Shown: in pieces, positions 29,010 to 38,318 of the stretch
How positions within the stretch are numbered: the stretch's first letter is position 1
Layout: every line of letters begins with the position of its first letter
Source of the DNA: Chloroflexota bacterium
GTDB taxonomy: Bacteria; Chloroflexota; Limnocylindria; Limnocylindrales; CSP1-4
DNA length: 64,000 nt
Assembly: GCA_021787395.1 (NCBI GenBank)
Contig: JAJYLZ010000003.1
Span: forward strand, 47,279-111,278
Direction: 5' to 3'
Program-made: the position numbers and the translations under genes
The notes under the pieces: generated by a model
What the model was told of the DNA's origin: nothing
Databases searched by the model: none
What the model saw: the letters and a program-made list of their open reading frames with translations, nothing else

Positions 29010-29563
29010 ATGGACACGACGGCCGCCGCCCTCGACCGAGACTTCTCCGTCCAGTCCGACACGGTGCTCGCGGCACCGCGCGACGGAGCGGCCGTCGAGT
29101 TGATCGTCCGCCGGCCCGAGCGCGACGTGCGCGAGGTGGTCTCCGAGGCCCGGCTCGACCCGGTCGAGGGGCTCGTCGGCGACGGCTGGCTTCGCCGCGG
29201 CAGCTCGTCCACGCCGGACGGCTCGGCCGACCCGCAGAGCCAGCTCACGATCATGAGCACTCGGGTCCTGGCGGCCGTGGAGCCCGACCGCTCGCGGTGG
29301 CCGCTCGCCGGCGACCAGCTCTACGCCGACCTCGACCTGAGCGTGGACAACCTGCCGCCGGGAGCGCTCCTGCGAGTGGGCGAGGCGCTGGTCGAGGTCA
29401 CGGAGCGCCCGCACACGGGCTGCGCCAAGTTCGCCGCCCGGTTCGGGACGCCCTGCGCTGGATCAGCACGCCGGCCGGCCGGGCCGCCCGGATGCGCGGC
29501 ATGTACGTCCGCGTGCTCGAGGCCGGGACGGTCCGCGTGGGGGACGCGATCCGCAGGGCCTGA
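29010..29563 (+). pseudogene. MOSC-domain protein gene interrupted by a single-base frameshift in a G-run near 29445-29447
   Basis: Frame 0 from the ATG at 29010 gives the MOSC N-terminal part (YADLDLSVDNLPPGALLRVGEALVEVTERPHTGCAKFAARFG). The conserved MOSC C-terminus (DALRWISTPAGRAARMRGMYVRVLEAGTVRVGDAIRRA*) continues in frame +2. Restoring ttcggg|acg to ttcggggac joins the two parts. Confidence 0.7.
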
Positions 29564-29786
29564 GGTCGCTGGCGCGGCTCGCCCGTGCGGGCTCGCCAGT
29601 CGTCTCGCAGGCGACGATTCCGGCAGCGTCCCGCCCGACCGTCCCGCGGCAGGAGACGATCCGACGTGGAGCGGGCCGAAACGGTCGCGCAGAATGCCGC
29701 TCTGTCGCCGCGCGGGAGACGAGGCGACGGCCGGGCCGCGGAATCGTCCCCCGCGGGGCGACCCGCAACGGCAGCGGGCGCCACGC

Positions 29787-30155
29787 TCAGCGCCCGCCGT
29801 CCCGCGCCTCGCCCTCCGCCACCCGCGCCGCGACGATGCGGCGGACCAGGCCGTCCGCGAGCGGCCGCTCGACCGTGAAGCGGATCGTCGCCTTCGCCCC
29901 GAGGAACGGCGCGAGCTCGCCGCCCAGCTCGGCCACCAGCCTGCCACTGGCCGGGTACATGGAGCAGTGCCGCCCGTGCGCCGCGTACCAGACCAGCATG
30001 CGCCCGTTCAGCCGGAACGCGGGCATGCCGTACGAGATGGTCTCGGTCGCGTCTGGACACGCCTCGCGGACCAGCGCCCGGATCCGGGTCAGCAGCGTCC
30101 GGTGCGGCTCCGGGACACGAGCGAGGTACGCGTCGACGGCGGCGGGGTCGTCCAC
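29787..30155 (-). CDS. DUF1801 (YdhG-like) domain protein
   Basis: Typical DUF1801 pattern (ISYGMPAFRLNGRMLVWYAAHGRHCSMYP). Confidence 0.7.
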   Translation of the reverse strand: MDDPAAVDAYLARVPEPHRTLLTRIRALVREACPDATETISYGMPAFRLNGRMLVWYAAHGRHCSMYPASGRLVAELGGELAPFLGAKATIRFTVERPLADGLVRRIVAARVAEGEARDGGR

Positions 30156-30186
30156 GGACGCAGCCTAACCGAGCGCGCGCAGCTCG

Positions 30187-31542
30187 TCATGCGCCGGCCC
30201 TGCGGGGGCGCAGGCCACTCACCGCGAACACCCGGTGGGGCACCGACAGCTCGCCCGGGTACTCGCTGGCGAGGAGCGCGGCGAGGTCTCGGTCGAACGC
30301 ATCGACCTGCGCGGGCTCGAGCGAGGTGCCGATCCCGTTGCACGTCCGCATGCGCCCGCGCCACGCCTCGTGCGAGAACGGGACGTCGACCGTGTAGCTG
30401 AAGCTCTCCACCTGCCGGAAGCCGGCCACGTCGAGCGCCTCCACCTGCTCCGGGTGGATGCCCCGCCAGCCCGCCATCGGCCAGCCCGGGTTGTGCTCGA
30501 TCACGAGCTCCTCGGATCGGGTGCACACGTTGCCCGGCAGCAGCAGGTAGCTGAAGTCGCAGATGAGCAGGCGGCCGCCGGGCGCCAGCAGCCGCACCGC
30601 CTCGCGCGCGGCGAGGTCGCTGTCGAACCACCACCAGCACTGCCCGGCGGTCACGAGGTCGAAGCTGCCGCCGGGCAGCCCCGTGTCCTCGGCGCGTCCC
30701 TGCCGGAACGTGGCGTCCAGACCGCGATCGGCGGCGACCCGGCGGGCGACCCCGAGCAGGTCCGGCGAGAGGTCGAGCCCGGTGACCCGCAGCCCCCTCT
30801 CGGCGAAGGCGAGGGCGAGCGCGCCGGTGCCGGTGCCCAGGTCCAGCGCCCGCATCCCGGGCTCGATCCAGCGGAGACGCTCGAGGCGGTCGAACAGGCT
30901 GGCGGGGAAGCCCGGTCGATAGCGCTCGTAGTCGGCGGCCGTCCGCCCGAAGTCGATCTCCCGGCCCTCGTGGTCCGTCAGCCCCGAGGGCGTGCGGCGC
31001 TCCTGCCCCGTCGGGACCCAGTAGCGCAGCTTGCCCCGGCGCTCGTCCTCCAGGACGCCGCCGTTCCGCTCGATCACGGTCTGCGACGCCGTGTTGCCGG
31101 CGTCGCAGGTGACGAGCGCCGAGTCGATGCCGAGCTCGCGCGCGACCGCCAGCGCCCGCCGGAGCATCGCGGTCGCGTACCCGCGCCGCCGCGCCGACGG
31201 CCGCACGTCGTAGCCGATGTGGCCGCCGACCTCGAGCAGCTCGGGCGTCAGGCGGTGGCGGACGCCGATCCGGCCCAGGAACTCGTCGCCCTCCGCCCAC
31301 CACAGCTCCGTGCCGGGCACGAAGCCGGCCGGCCGCGGCGTCTCGTCGAGGCGGTCCGCCAGGATCCCGTCGACGAACGCGCCGAACGCCGCGTCGTCGG
31401 CGGGCGCGCCGGCATGGTCGCGCAGGTACCGACCGATGACCGACCGGTCGTCCGGCCCGCCCCGGCCCTCCGCCCGGAACTCCGCCATCGCGGCGGCGAA
31501 CGATCGGCGGAAGCGGACGTCCGGGGCGACGAGCTCCGGCAT
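30187..31542 (-). CDS. fusion of an N-terminal GNAT acetyltransferase and a C-terminal class-I SAM-dependent methyltransferase
   Basis: N-terminal GNAT fold (VRPSARRRGYATAMLRRAL, TCDAGNTASQTVIERNGG). C-terminal methyltransferase motif I (ALDLGTGTGALALAFAERGLRVTGLDLS) and a post-I acidic residue. Confidence 0.75.
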   Translation of the reverse strand: MPELVAPDVRFRRSFAAAMAEFRAEGRGGPDDRSVIGRYLRDHAGAPADDAAFGAFVDGILADRLDETPRPAGFVPGTELWWAEGDEFLGRIGVRHRLTPELLEVGGHIGYDVRPSARRRGYATAMLRRALAVARELGIDSALVTCDAGNTASQTVIERNGGVLEDERRGKLRYWVPTGQERRTPSGLTDHEGREIDFGRTAADYERYRPGFPASLFDRLERLRWIEPGMRALDLGTGTGALALAFAERGLRVTGLDLSPDLLGVARRVAADRGLDATFRQGRAEDTGLPGGSFDLVTAGQCWWWFDSDLAAREAVRLLAPGGRLLICDFSYLLLPGNVCTRSEELVIEHNPGWPMAGWRGIHPEQVEALDVAGFRQVESFSYTVDVPFSHEAWRGRMRTCNGIGTSLEPAQVDAFDRDLAALLASEYPGELSVPHRVFAVSGLRPRRAGA

Positions 31543-31638
31543 CGGCCTAGGCCCGGCCGGGGTCGGCGGCTGCGGGCGGCTTGAGGCGCGGGTCAGTCGT
31601 CACCCGCCGATCATAGGGCGCGACGCGGCCGGCGGACG

Positions 31639-34600
31639 TCACCCCGACCCGGGACCAGAGGCGCCCTCCGCCGCCACCAGCCGCGCCACGACCGCCTGCG
31701 TGAGCGTCCACGACTTGAGCGGCTCGCGCGGCAGCCGGATCCGCACCTGGTTCGAGGCGAACGTCATGTCGCCGGGCCGCACGCCCGGCAGCGGTGCGGC
31801 ACCGCCGGCGGCCCCCGGCGCCAGCAGCTGCATGGCGGTCGCCCGGGAGAGCTGGGCGCCGAACCGGACGACCAGCCAGCCCTCCTCGCGCGCCAGGCTG
31901 GCCACGCCCGCCGACTCCGCCGACAGCCGCAGCTCCGCCACCTCGACCAGCCGCAGCACCGGCTGCGGCATCGGCCCGAACCGGTCGGTGACCTCCTGGC
32001 GGAACGCCGCCACGTCGCCCGTCGTGCGGGCCCGCGCCAGCCGCCGGTAGAGCTCCAGCTTCTGCGCCTCGTCCGGCACGTACGAATCGGGCAGGTGCGC
32101 GTCCACCGGCAGGTCCACGACCGCCTGCGGCACCTCGCGCAGCGGCTCGCGGTGCTCGCGGCGCGCCTTGGCCTCCTCCACCGCCTCGGCCAGCAGGCGC
32201 GTGTAGAGGTCGAAGCCGACCGAGGCCATGAACCCGCTCTGCTCGCCCCCGAGGATGTTCCCCGCCCCGCGGATCTCGAGATCCGCGAGGGCGATCTGGA
32301 ACCCGGCCCCCAGCTCGGACGCGTTGAAGATCGCCTGGAGGCGCTTGCGGGCCTCCTCGCTCATGCGCTCGCGCCGCCGGTACAGGAGGTAGGCGTAGGC
32401 GCGGCGGGACGAGCGTCCGACCCGCCCGCGGAGCTGGTACAGCTGCGCCAGGCCGAGCGCGTCGGCGCGGTCGATGACGATCGTGTTGGCGTTGGGGATG
32501 TCGAGCCCGGACTCGATGATCGTCGTGCACACCAGCACGTCGGCCTCGCCGTCGGCGAACGACAGCATGACCCGCTCCAGCGCGCCCTCGGCCATCTGAC
32601 CGTGGCCGACCACGATCCGCGCGCCCGGCAGGAGCCGCCGCAACTGGTCGGCCTGCGGCTCGATGGTCTCGACCCGGTTGTGGACGTAGAACACCTGGCC
32701 GCCGCGGTCGAGCTCGCGCAGGATCGCGTCCCGGACGAGGCCGGCCGACGCCTCGGCGACCCGCGTCTGGATGGGCAGGCGGTCCTCGGGCGGCGTCTCG
32801 ATGACCGACAGGTCGCGGATGCCCGCCAGGGCCAGGTTGAGCGTCCGCGGGATGGGCGTGGCCGACAGCGTGAGCACGTCCACCGACGCCCGGAGGTGCT
32901 TCAGCCGCTCCTTGGCGGCCACGCCGAAGCGCTGCTCCTCGTCCACCACCACCAGGCCCAGGTCCCGGAACGCCACGTCCTTCGACAGCAGCCGGTGGGT
33001 GCCGATCACGATGTCCACCGTGCCCAGGGACAGCCCGGCGACGGTGGCCTCCTGCTCGCGCGCCGAGACGAACCGCGACAGCAGCTTGACCGTCAGCGGG
33101 AAGGCGGCGAAGCGCTGCGAGAAGGTGGTGAAGTGCTGGCCCGCCAGCACGGTGGTCGGCACCAGCACGGCCACCTGCTTGCCGTCCTGGGTCGCCTTGA
33201 ACGCCGCCCGCAGCGCGACTTCGGTCTTGCCGTAGCCCACGTCGCCCACCACCAGCCGGTCCATCGGCCGGCGCGCCTCCATGTCGGTCTTGACCTCGAC
33301 TGCGGCGCGCAGCTGGTCGGGCGTCTCCTCATACGGGAACGACGCCTCCATCTCGGTCTGCCACGGCGAGTCCGGCGAGTACGCGAACCCCTCGGCCGCC
33401 TCGCGCTTCGCGTACAGGGCGAGCAGCTCGTCGGCCAGGTCGGTGACCGCCTTGCGGACCCGCTGCTTGGTGCGCAGCCAGTCGGTGCCGCCCAGGCGCG
33501 ACAGCGTGGGGCTCTCCCCGCCCGAGTAGCGCGAGACGCGGTTGATCTGCTCGACGGGCACGAAGATGCGGTCGCCGGCCGCGAACGACAGCTCGAGGTA
33601 GTCGCGCTCCTCGCCCGAGCCGCCGCGCCGGAGCATCCGCTCGTAGCGCGCGATGCCGTGGTCGATGTGGACCACCAGGTCGCCGGGCGTGAGGCGCTCG
33701 AGGATGTCGCGCGGGACGATGCGGCGCATCGCCTTGGGCCGGCGGACGCGCACCGAGCCGAACAGCTCGCGGTCCGTGACGACGGCCAGCCCGTCGGGAC
33801 CGCCCGTGAAGCCGCCGTTGAGGCTGCGCTCGACGAGGGCGATGGCGCCGGGCGGCGGGGCGGCCGACACGCGCGAGACGATGCCCACGGCGTGGCCAGC
33901 CTCGCCCAGCAGCTCCGCGAGGCGCGGCGCCTGGTCGGAGGCGAGCACGACGCGCGCCCCCTCCGTCACCCAGTGCTCCACGCCGTCCACGAGGCGTTCC
34001 GTGCGGCCCGGCGGCAGGACGGGCTCGCGCCAGCCGAACAGGTCGCCGCTGGTGAGGCCGCGCGACGCGAACACCATGCCGTCGGCCTCGGACGCGTCCG
34101 ACTGCCAGGTCAGCTCGAGGGTGCGCGCGCCGTGCAGCCTCGACTTCCAGTCGCGGGGCGGCAGGTACGCCGGCGGCCAGTCGCGCGGCAGCTCACCCTG
34201 CTCGACGAGTTCGCGGTGGCGCTCGTCGGCCTGGCGCCACAGGAACTCCGCAGCGTCGGCGAGGTCGCCGGGCTCGTCCAGGACGAGCAGCGTGGTCGGG
34301 TCGAGGTGGTCGAGCGCCGTCGCCGGCGCCACGATGCGCGCCCACACCTCGGCCGCGTCGCCCGCCTGGAGCGCCCGCCCGGCGAGCGACGCGCCGGCCC
34401 CTTCGCTCGTCGATTCCCCGGCGAACCGGGCGAGGTCCAGCGCGAGGCGCTCGGGCAGCCCCCTGGCGAGCCTGCCCAGCCGCGCCCGGAGCTCGTCGGG
34501 CCCGCCCGTGGGCAGCAGCAGCTCGGTCGCGGGCAGCAGCGCCACCTCGCGCACCTCGCCCACGCTCCGCTGATCGGTGGGGTCGAACGAGCGCATCGAG

Positions 34601-35499
34601 TCGATCTCGTCGCCGAACAGCTCGACCCGCACCGGCAGCGCGGCGGACGGCGGGAACACGTCCACGATGCCGCCGCGCCGGGCGAACTCGCCGCGGCCCG
34701 CCACCTCGAGCACCGGCGCGTAGCCCAGGTCGAACAGCTCGGCGAGCAGCGCGTCGAGGCCGACGCGGACACCGGGCCGCAGCACCCGCGTGCGCTCCGG
34801 CAGGTCGGCGGGCGCGATCGTCGCCTGGAGCAGCGCCTGGACGCTCGCGACGAGGATCCTCGCCCGGCCGCTGCGCCACGCCGCCAGGGCCGCCACCCGC
34901 GCTGCCGTCTCGTCGGGGACGAGCTCGGAGCGCTCGTAGGCGAGCGCGGTCCGGGGCTCCAGCACCGCCACGGCGGAGGCGTCGCCCAGCCAGGCGCCCA
35001 GCTCGTCGGCGACGCGGTCACCGATCTCCGCGTCGCGGGCGACCCAGCAGATCCGCTCGCCGTCCTCGGCCAGGGCCAAGGCGGCCGCGAGATACGACTT
35101 CGCGCCGTGCGGCACCGACGTCAGCCCGACGTGGCGGCCGTGGATGCCGGGCGCCGAGCCGCCGCCGAGCCGCTCGAGCAGCGACGCGAACGAGCCCGTC
35201 CCGTGGAGCAGGCGCGGCAGCACGGACAGGTCGGGCAGGCGCCGGCCGGCCCCGCGCGCCGCGGCGTCCGAGCCCGACCTCGTCGCCGGGCGGGAGGGGC
35301 GCCGGCGTGACTGCGCCGCCTCGCCGGCAACCCGTGCCGCGGGGTCGAGCAGCTCCACCTCGGCCTCGGCCGACGCCAGGTCGAGGTCGACCTCGGGCTG
35401 GGCCGCCTCGGATGCGGCGCGGCGCTCGGCCCACTCGCGCGCGACCTTCTCCGCGAGCTTGCGCTCGCGCGTCGACCGGCCGCGGTAGGGGTTGGTCAC
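31639..35499 (-). CDS. mfd: transcription-repair coupling factor
   Basis: Strong Mfd similarity. The D2 domain, RNAP-interaction region, DEAD/DEAH helicase motifs (GDVGYGKTEVALRAAF, VVDEEQRFG, LTLSATPIPRT) and TRG motif are all present. The most upstream start is a GTG at 35499 overlapping the pth TGA, which adds about 100 aa of non-canonical N-terminus. A later start (around 35200) is possible. Confidence 0.9.
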   Translation of the reverse strand: MTNPYRGRSTRERKLAEKVAREWAERRAASEAAQPEVDLDLASAEAEVELLDPAARVAGEAAQSRRRPSRPATRSGSDAAARGAGRRLPDLSVLPRLLHGTGSFASLLERLGGGSAPGIHGRHVGLTSVPHGAKSYLAAALALAEDGERICWVARDAEIGDRVADELGAWLGDASAVAVLEPRTALAYERSELVPDETAARVAALAAWRSGRARILVASVQALLQATIAPADLPERTRVLRPGVRVGLDALLAELFDLGYAPVLEVAGRGEFARRGGIVDVFPPSAALPVRVELFGDEIDSMRSFDPTDQRSVGEVREVALLPATELLLPTGGPDELRARLGRLARGLPERLALDLARFAGESTSEGAGASLAGRALQAGDAAEVWARIVAPATALDHLDPTTLLVLDEPGDLADAAEFLWRQADERHRELVEQGELPRDWPPAYLPPRDWKSRLHGARTLELTWQSDASEADGMVFASRGLTSGDLFGWREPVLPPGRTERLVDGVEHWVTEGARVVLASDQAPRLAELLGEAGHAVGIVSRVSAAPPPGAIALVERSLNGGFTGGPDGLAVVTDRELFGSVRVRRPKAMRRIVPRDILERLTPGDLVVHIDHGIARYERMLRRGGSGEERDYLELSFAAGDRIFVPVEQINRVSRYSGGESPTLSRLGGTDWLRTKQRVRKAVTDLADELLALYAKREAAEGFAYSPDSPWQTEMEASFPYEETPDQLRAAVEVKTDMEARRPMDRLVVGDVGYGKTEVALRAAFKATQDGKQVAVLVPTTVLAGQHFTTFSQRFAAFPLTVKLLSRFVSAREQEATVAGLSLGTVDIVIGTHRLLSKDVAFRDLGLVVVDEEQRFGVAAKERLKHLRASVDVLTLSATPIPRTLNLALAGIRDLSVIETPPEDRLPIQTRVAEASAGLVRDAILRELDRGGQVFYVHNRVETIEPQADQLRRLLPGARIVVGHGQMAEGALERVMLSFADGEADVLVCTTIIESGLDIPNANTIVIDRADALGLAQLYQLRGRVGRSSRRAYAYLLYRRRERMSEEARKRLQAIFNASELGAGFQIALADLEIRGAGNILGGEQSGFMASVGFDLYTRLLAEAVEEAKARREHREPLREVPQAVVDLPVDAHLPDSYVPDEAQKLELYRRLARARTTGDVAAFRQEVTDRFGPMPQPVLRLVEVAELRLSAESAGVASLAREEGWLVVRFGAQLSRATAMQLLAPGAAGGAAPLPGVRPGDMTFASNQVRIRLPREPLKSWTLTQAVVARLVAAEGASGPGSG

Positions 35500-36215
35500 C
35501 GGCGGTCGCTCGGGCCCGACCCGCCGTCGCCGGGCAGGATCCGCCGCCAGCCGGTCCGGGTTCGACGCACCCCGCTCTCGTCGGCGGGCCCGCCGGGCTC
35601 GCCCGGGGCAGGCGCTGCCGGCCCGGCCGCAGGGCCGCCCGGGCTGCACTGCAGGTCGAACGCGTTGAAGCGGTTCGCGGCCTTGCTGGTCCCCTCGCGT
35701 GCCCACGCCTCCACCGCCTCGGCGGCGGCGTCGAGCAGGATGGGCAGGCAGGCGCGCTCGTCGACGGCGAACCGCGAGAGCACGTGGTCGATCGCGCCGC
35801 GCCCGGGCTCGCCGATCCCCACCCGCAGCCGGCTGAACTTCTCCGAGCCCAGCTCGTCGATGATCGAGCGCAGCCCGTTGTGGCCGCCGTGGCTGCCGGC
35901 CTCGCGGAAGCGCAGCTTGCCGAACGGCAGCGCGAAGTCGTCGGCCACCACCAGCACGTCCACCATCGGCACGTGGCTGCGGGCCATCAGCTTGCGGACC
36001 GCGATGCCCGAGTCGTTCATGTACGTGAGCGGCTTGGCGAGGATCAGGTCCATCCCCTTCCAGCGCAGCTCGAGCACCTCCGAGGCGTCGCGCTGACGCC
36101 CGCGGCCCGATCGACCGGCGCGGTCGGCGATCCGGTCGAGCACCATCCAGCCGACGTTGTGGCGCGTCTCCAAGTACTGGCCGCCCGGGTTCCCCAGGCC
36201 CACCACGAGCTTCAC
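35496..36215 (-). CDS. pth: peptidyl-tRNA hydrolase
   Basis: Pth motifs (VVGLGNPGGQYLETRHNVG, HGGHNGLRS). GTG start at 36215. The upstream 91 aa of the ORF is filler. The stop overlaps the mfd start. Confidence 0.85.
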   Translation of the reverse strand: MKLVVGLGNPGGQYLETRHNVGWMVLDRIADRAGRSGRGRQRDASEVLELRWKGMDLILAKPLTYMNDSGIAVRKLMARSHVPMVDVLVVADDFALPFGKLRFREAGSHGGHNGLRSIIDELGSEKFSRLRVGIGEPGRGAIDHVLSRFAVDERACLPILLDAAAEAVEAWAREGTSKAANRFNAFDLQCSPGGPAAGPAAPAPGEPGGPADESGVRRTRTGWRRILPGDGGSGPSDRR

Positions 36216-36378
36216 GATGCGGCGCGTTCTCCCTAGAAGCACGGCGAATGGCCCCGGGACCGCGTCCGACGGGGCTGCGTCGCCATGGTACCGCCCGGGC
36301 GCGAACGCCCTCGGCGGTGCGGTCGGGCGGGTCGCGCCGCTGCGGAAGGGGCGCCCCGCGGGAGGTGCCGCGCCGCCG

Positions 36379-36565
36379 GGTGTTCCGCGCCACCGCCGCC
36401 GGCGGTGGCACGCGCGACCTGCGCGGGGGCCCCTCCGTGGCACCGCCGCCGGCGGTGGTATGCGCGACCTCGGCGGGGCGGCGTGCACGGCTTCTGCCCG
36501 TGATACCGCTGCCGGCGGTGCCGCGACCCGGATCGATCGTCAGCACCGCCGGCGGCGGTGCCACG
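36379..36565. repeat. array of about 4 GC-rich palindromic repeat units with core CACCGCCGCCGGCGGTG
   Basis: Seen directly: units at about 36379-36428 and 36430-36482 (near-identical, about 52-nt period), plus degenerate copies at about 36499-36531 and 36541-36565. They lie between the SPFH 3' end and the pth promoter. Confidence 0.5.
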
Positions 36566-36574
36566 GAGGGAGGG

Positions 36575-36593
36575 CCTCCCGGCCGTCTCGGCC
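36575..36593. terminator. hairpin CCCGGCCG-tct-CGGCCGGG immediately 3' of the SPFH gene
   Basis: Perfect 8-bp GC stem with a 3-nt loop, 32 nt beyond the SPFH stop on the minus strand. Confidence 0.35.
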
Positions 36594-36624
36594 GGGAGGC
36601 CGTGCCGTCCCGGTCAGCGCCGTG

Positions 36625-37785
36625 TCACGACGCCGCGCCCGGATGGCCGACGGCGGCCGCACTGCCCGTGCCGGGGCCGGCCGGTGCCGGTGTCGCCGCC
36701 CGGACGTGGCGCCCCAGCACCTCGAACAGCGGCTCCAGCTGCCCGAGCAGCCTGCCGTCGTCCCCGTAGACCGACAGGTTCGCCCCCTGGAGCACCTTCG
36801 AGGCGGACTCCACGATCCGCGGCGCCTGCTCGATGGGCAGGATCTCGCGGCGCATCTCCTGCTCGGCGCGCTGCTGCATCAGGTCGCGCTCCACCTCGAG
36901 CGTCCGGATGCGCGTCTCGAGCTCGCGCAGCTCGACCTCGCGAGCCAGCGCCTCGCGCTCCTGCTCGATCCGGGCGAGCCGGACCGGCTTCTCAGCCGCC
37001 AGTCGAGCCTCCTCGGCGGCCATCTCGGCGCGGAACCGCTCCTGCTCAAGGCCGATCGCATGCTGGGCGGTCGCCACGTCCTCGGCCGCCTTGCGCCGGT
37101 CGCGCGCCACCCTGGCCGTCGCCAGCTCCTCCTCGCGCCGCAGGTCCTCGCGATCCTTCGCCAGCTGGCGCTCGTCGACGCGCGTCTGCGACGCCATCTG
37201 GGCGAGCTGGGTCTCCTCGCCCGTCCGGATGTTCGACTGCTCCGCCTTGAGGCGGATGTCGTTGCGCGTCTCGGCCTCCAGCTGCGCGCGGAGGGCCGTG
37301 TCCACGATGAACACCTGGGCGACCTGGGCCGCCTCGATCACGATCCCCCACCCTTCGCCGCCCTCGCCTCCCGCCACCGCGGTGCCGAGCGCCCGGGCGG
37401 CCACGCCCGTGAGCGTGGTCTTGCGGTTCTCGATGCACTCCTCCATCGTGAGGTGCGAGACCGCGTCCCGGAGCTCGCCCAGCAGGATGTGCGTCAGCAG
37501 GTCCGTCGCCTGCGCCACGCCCGCGTCGATGTTCCAGAAGTCGAAGTGGCGGGCCGCGGTGATGGGGTCGGTCACCCGGAACACGAAGATCCCCTTGAAG
37601 CGCAGCGGGATCCCGTCCCTGGTCTCCTGGGTGAACTCGAACGCCGCCTCCACCTTGGTGCTCGGCACTCGGATGTAGATGGAGCCCGGGCGGAGCCACG
37701 TCTGGATCGCCGTGCCCTTGTTCTCGAGCCTCCCGCCCTTGCCCACCAGCAGGAATTCGCCTGATCCCGCCTTCACGAACGGCAT
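36625..37785 (-). CDS. SPFH/band-7 family protein (flotillin-like) with a long C-terminal coiled coil
   Basis: SPFH core at the N-terminus. An E/R/A-rich heptad region (EAETRNDIRLKAEQ...EVELRELETRIRTLEVERDL) is typical of flotillin/YqiK. Confidence 0.8.
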   Translation of the reverse strand: MPFVKAGSGEFLLVGKGGRLENKGTAIQTWLRPGSIYIRVPSTKVEAAFEFTQETRDGIPLRFKGIFVFRVTDPITAARHFDFWNIDAGVAQATDLLTHILLGELRDAVSHLTMEECIENRKTTLTGVAARALGTAVAGGEGGEGWGIVIEAAQVAQVFIVDTALRAQLEAETRNDIRLKAEQSNIRTGEETQLAQMASQTRVDERQLAKDREDLRREEELATARVARDRRKAAEDVATAQHAIGLEQERFRAEMAAEEARLAAEKPVRLARIEQEREALAREVELRELETRIRTLEVERDLMQQRAEQEMRREILPIEQAPRIVESASKVLQGANLSVYGDDGRLLGQLEPLFEVLGRHVRAATPAPAGPGTGSAAAVGHPGAAS

Positions 37786-38318
37786 GTCGCGTCACACCCC
37801 ACGCTGTCGGCCCGCTGACGGGAGCGCGGCCCGCCTGGGCCGCGCTCTCCCGGTCGAGCGCAGCCTGAGCCGGGTGTCGGGCGGATGGTCGGCCGGGCAC
37901 TGACCGACGACCCCCGACAACGGGCGCCCCCCTGTTGGAACCCGCCGCCAACCCGTCAGGGACCTCAGGAGGGGCGGCCGGTCACAGGCCGATCGTGGCC
38001 CTGAGCGGCCGTGTCGTCTCCCATACGGAAGTCCGGGCTCCCGCGTCCGGAGACGGCGCGGAGGGCCGCCGTCAGACCGAGAGCCTCGGCGCTTCACGAT
38101 TCCGCACAGGACTTCCGGAGCAGCCCGAGCCGGCGATCCGTCCGGACCCATCGCGGCCGCTTCGTCCCCGGCGAAGACGACGGACGACACGTGTGCCAGT
38201 CACGCGCGACGGCTTGAATGCGCCGAGAGGCGGCTGTCACGGGCGCCCGGGTCAAGGCGTCTCAGTCGCGGCCGCCCAAGACGGTCCCGTCACGGACCGG
38301 CGGCCGGGAGCGGGTGCG

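Noticed and set aside
28311-30401. 696-aa plus-strand ORF
   Set aside because: It is a composite. Only 29010 to about 29447 corresponds to a real MOSC N-terminal half. The rest runs antisense through the DUF1801 gene and the GNAT-methyltransferase gene.
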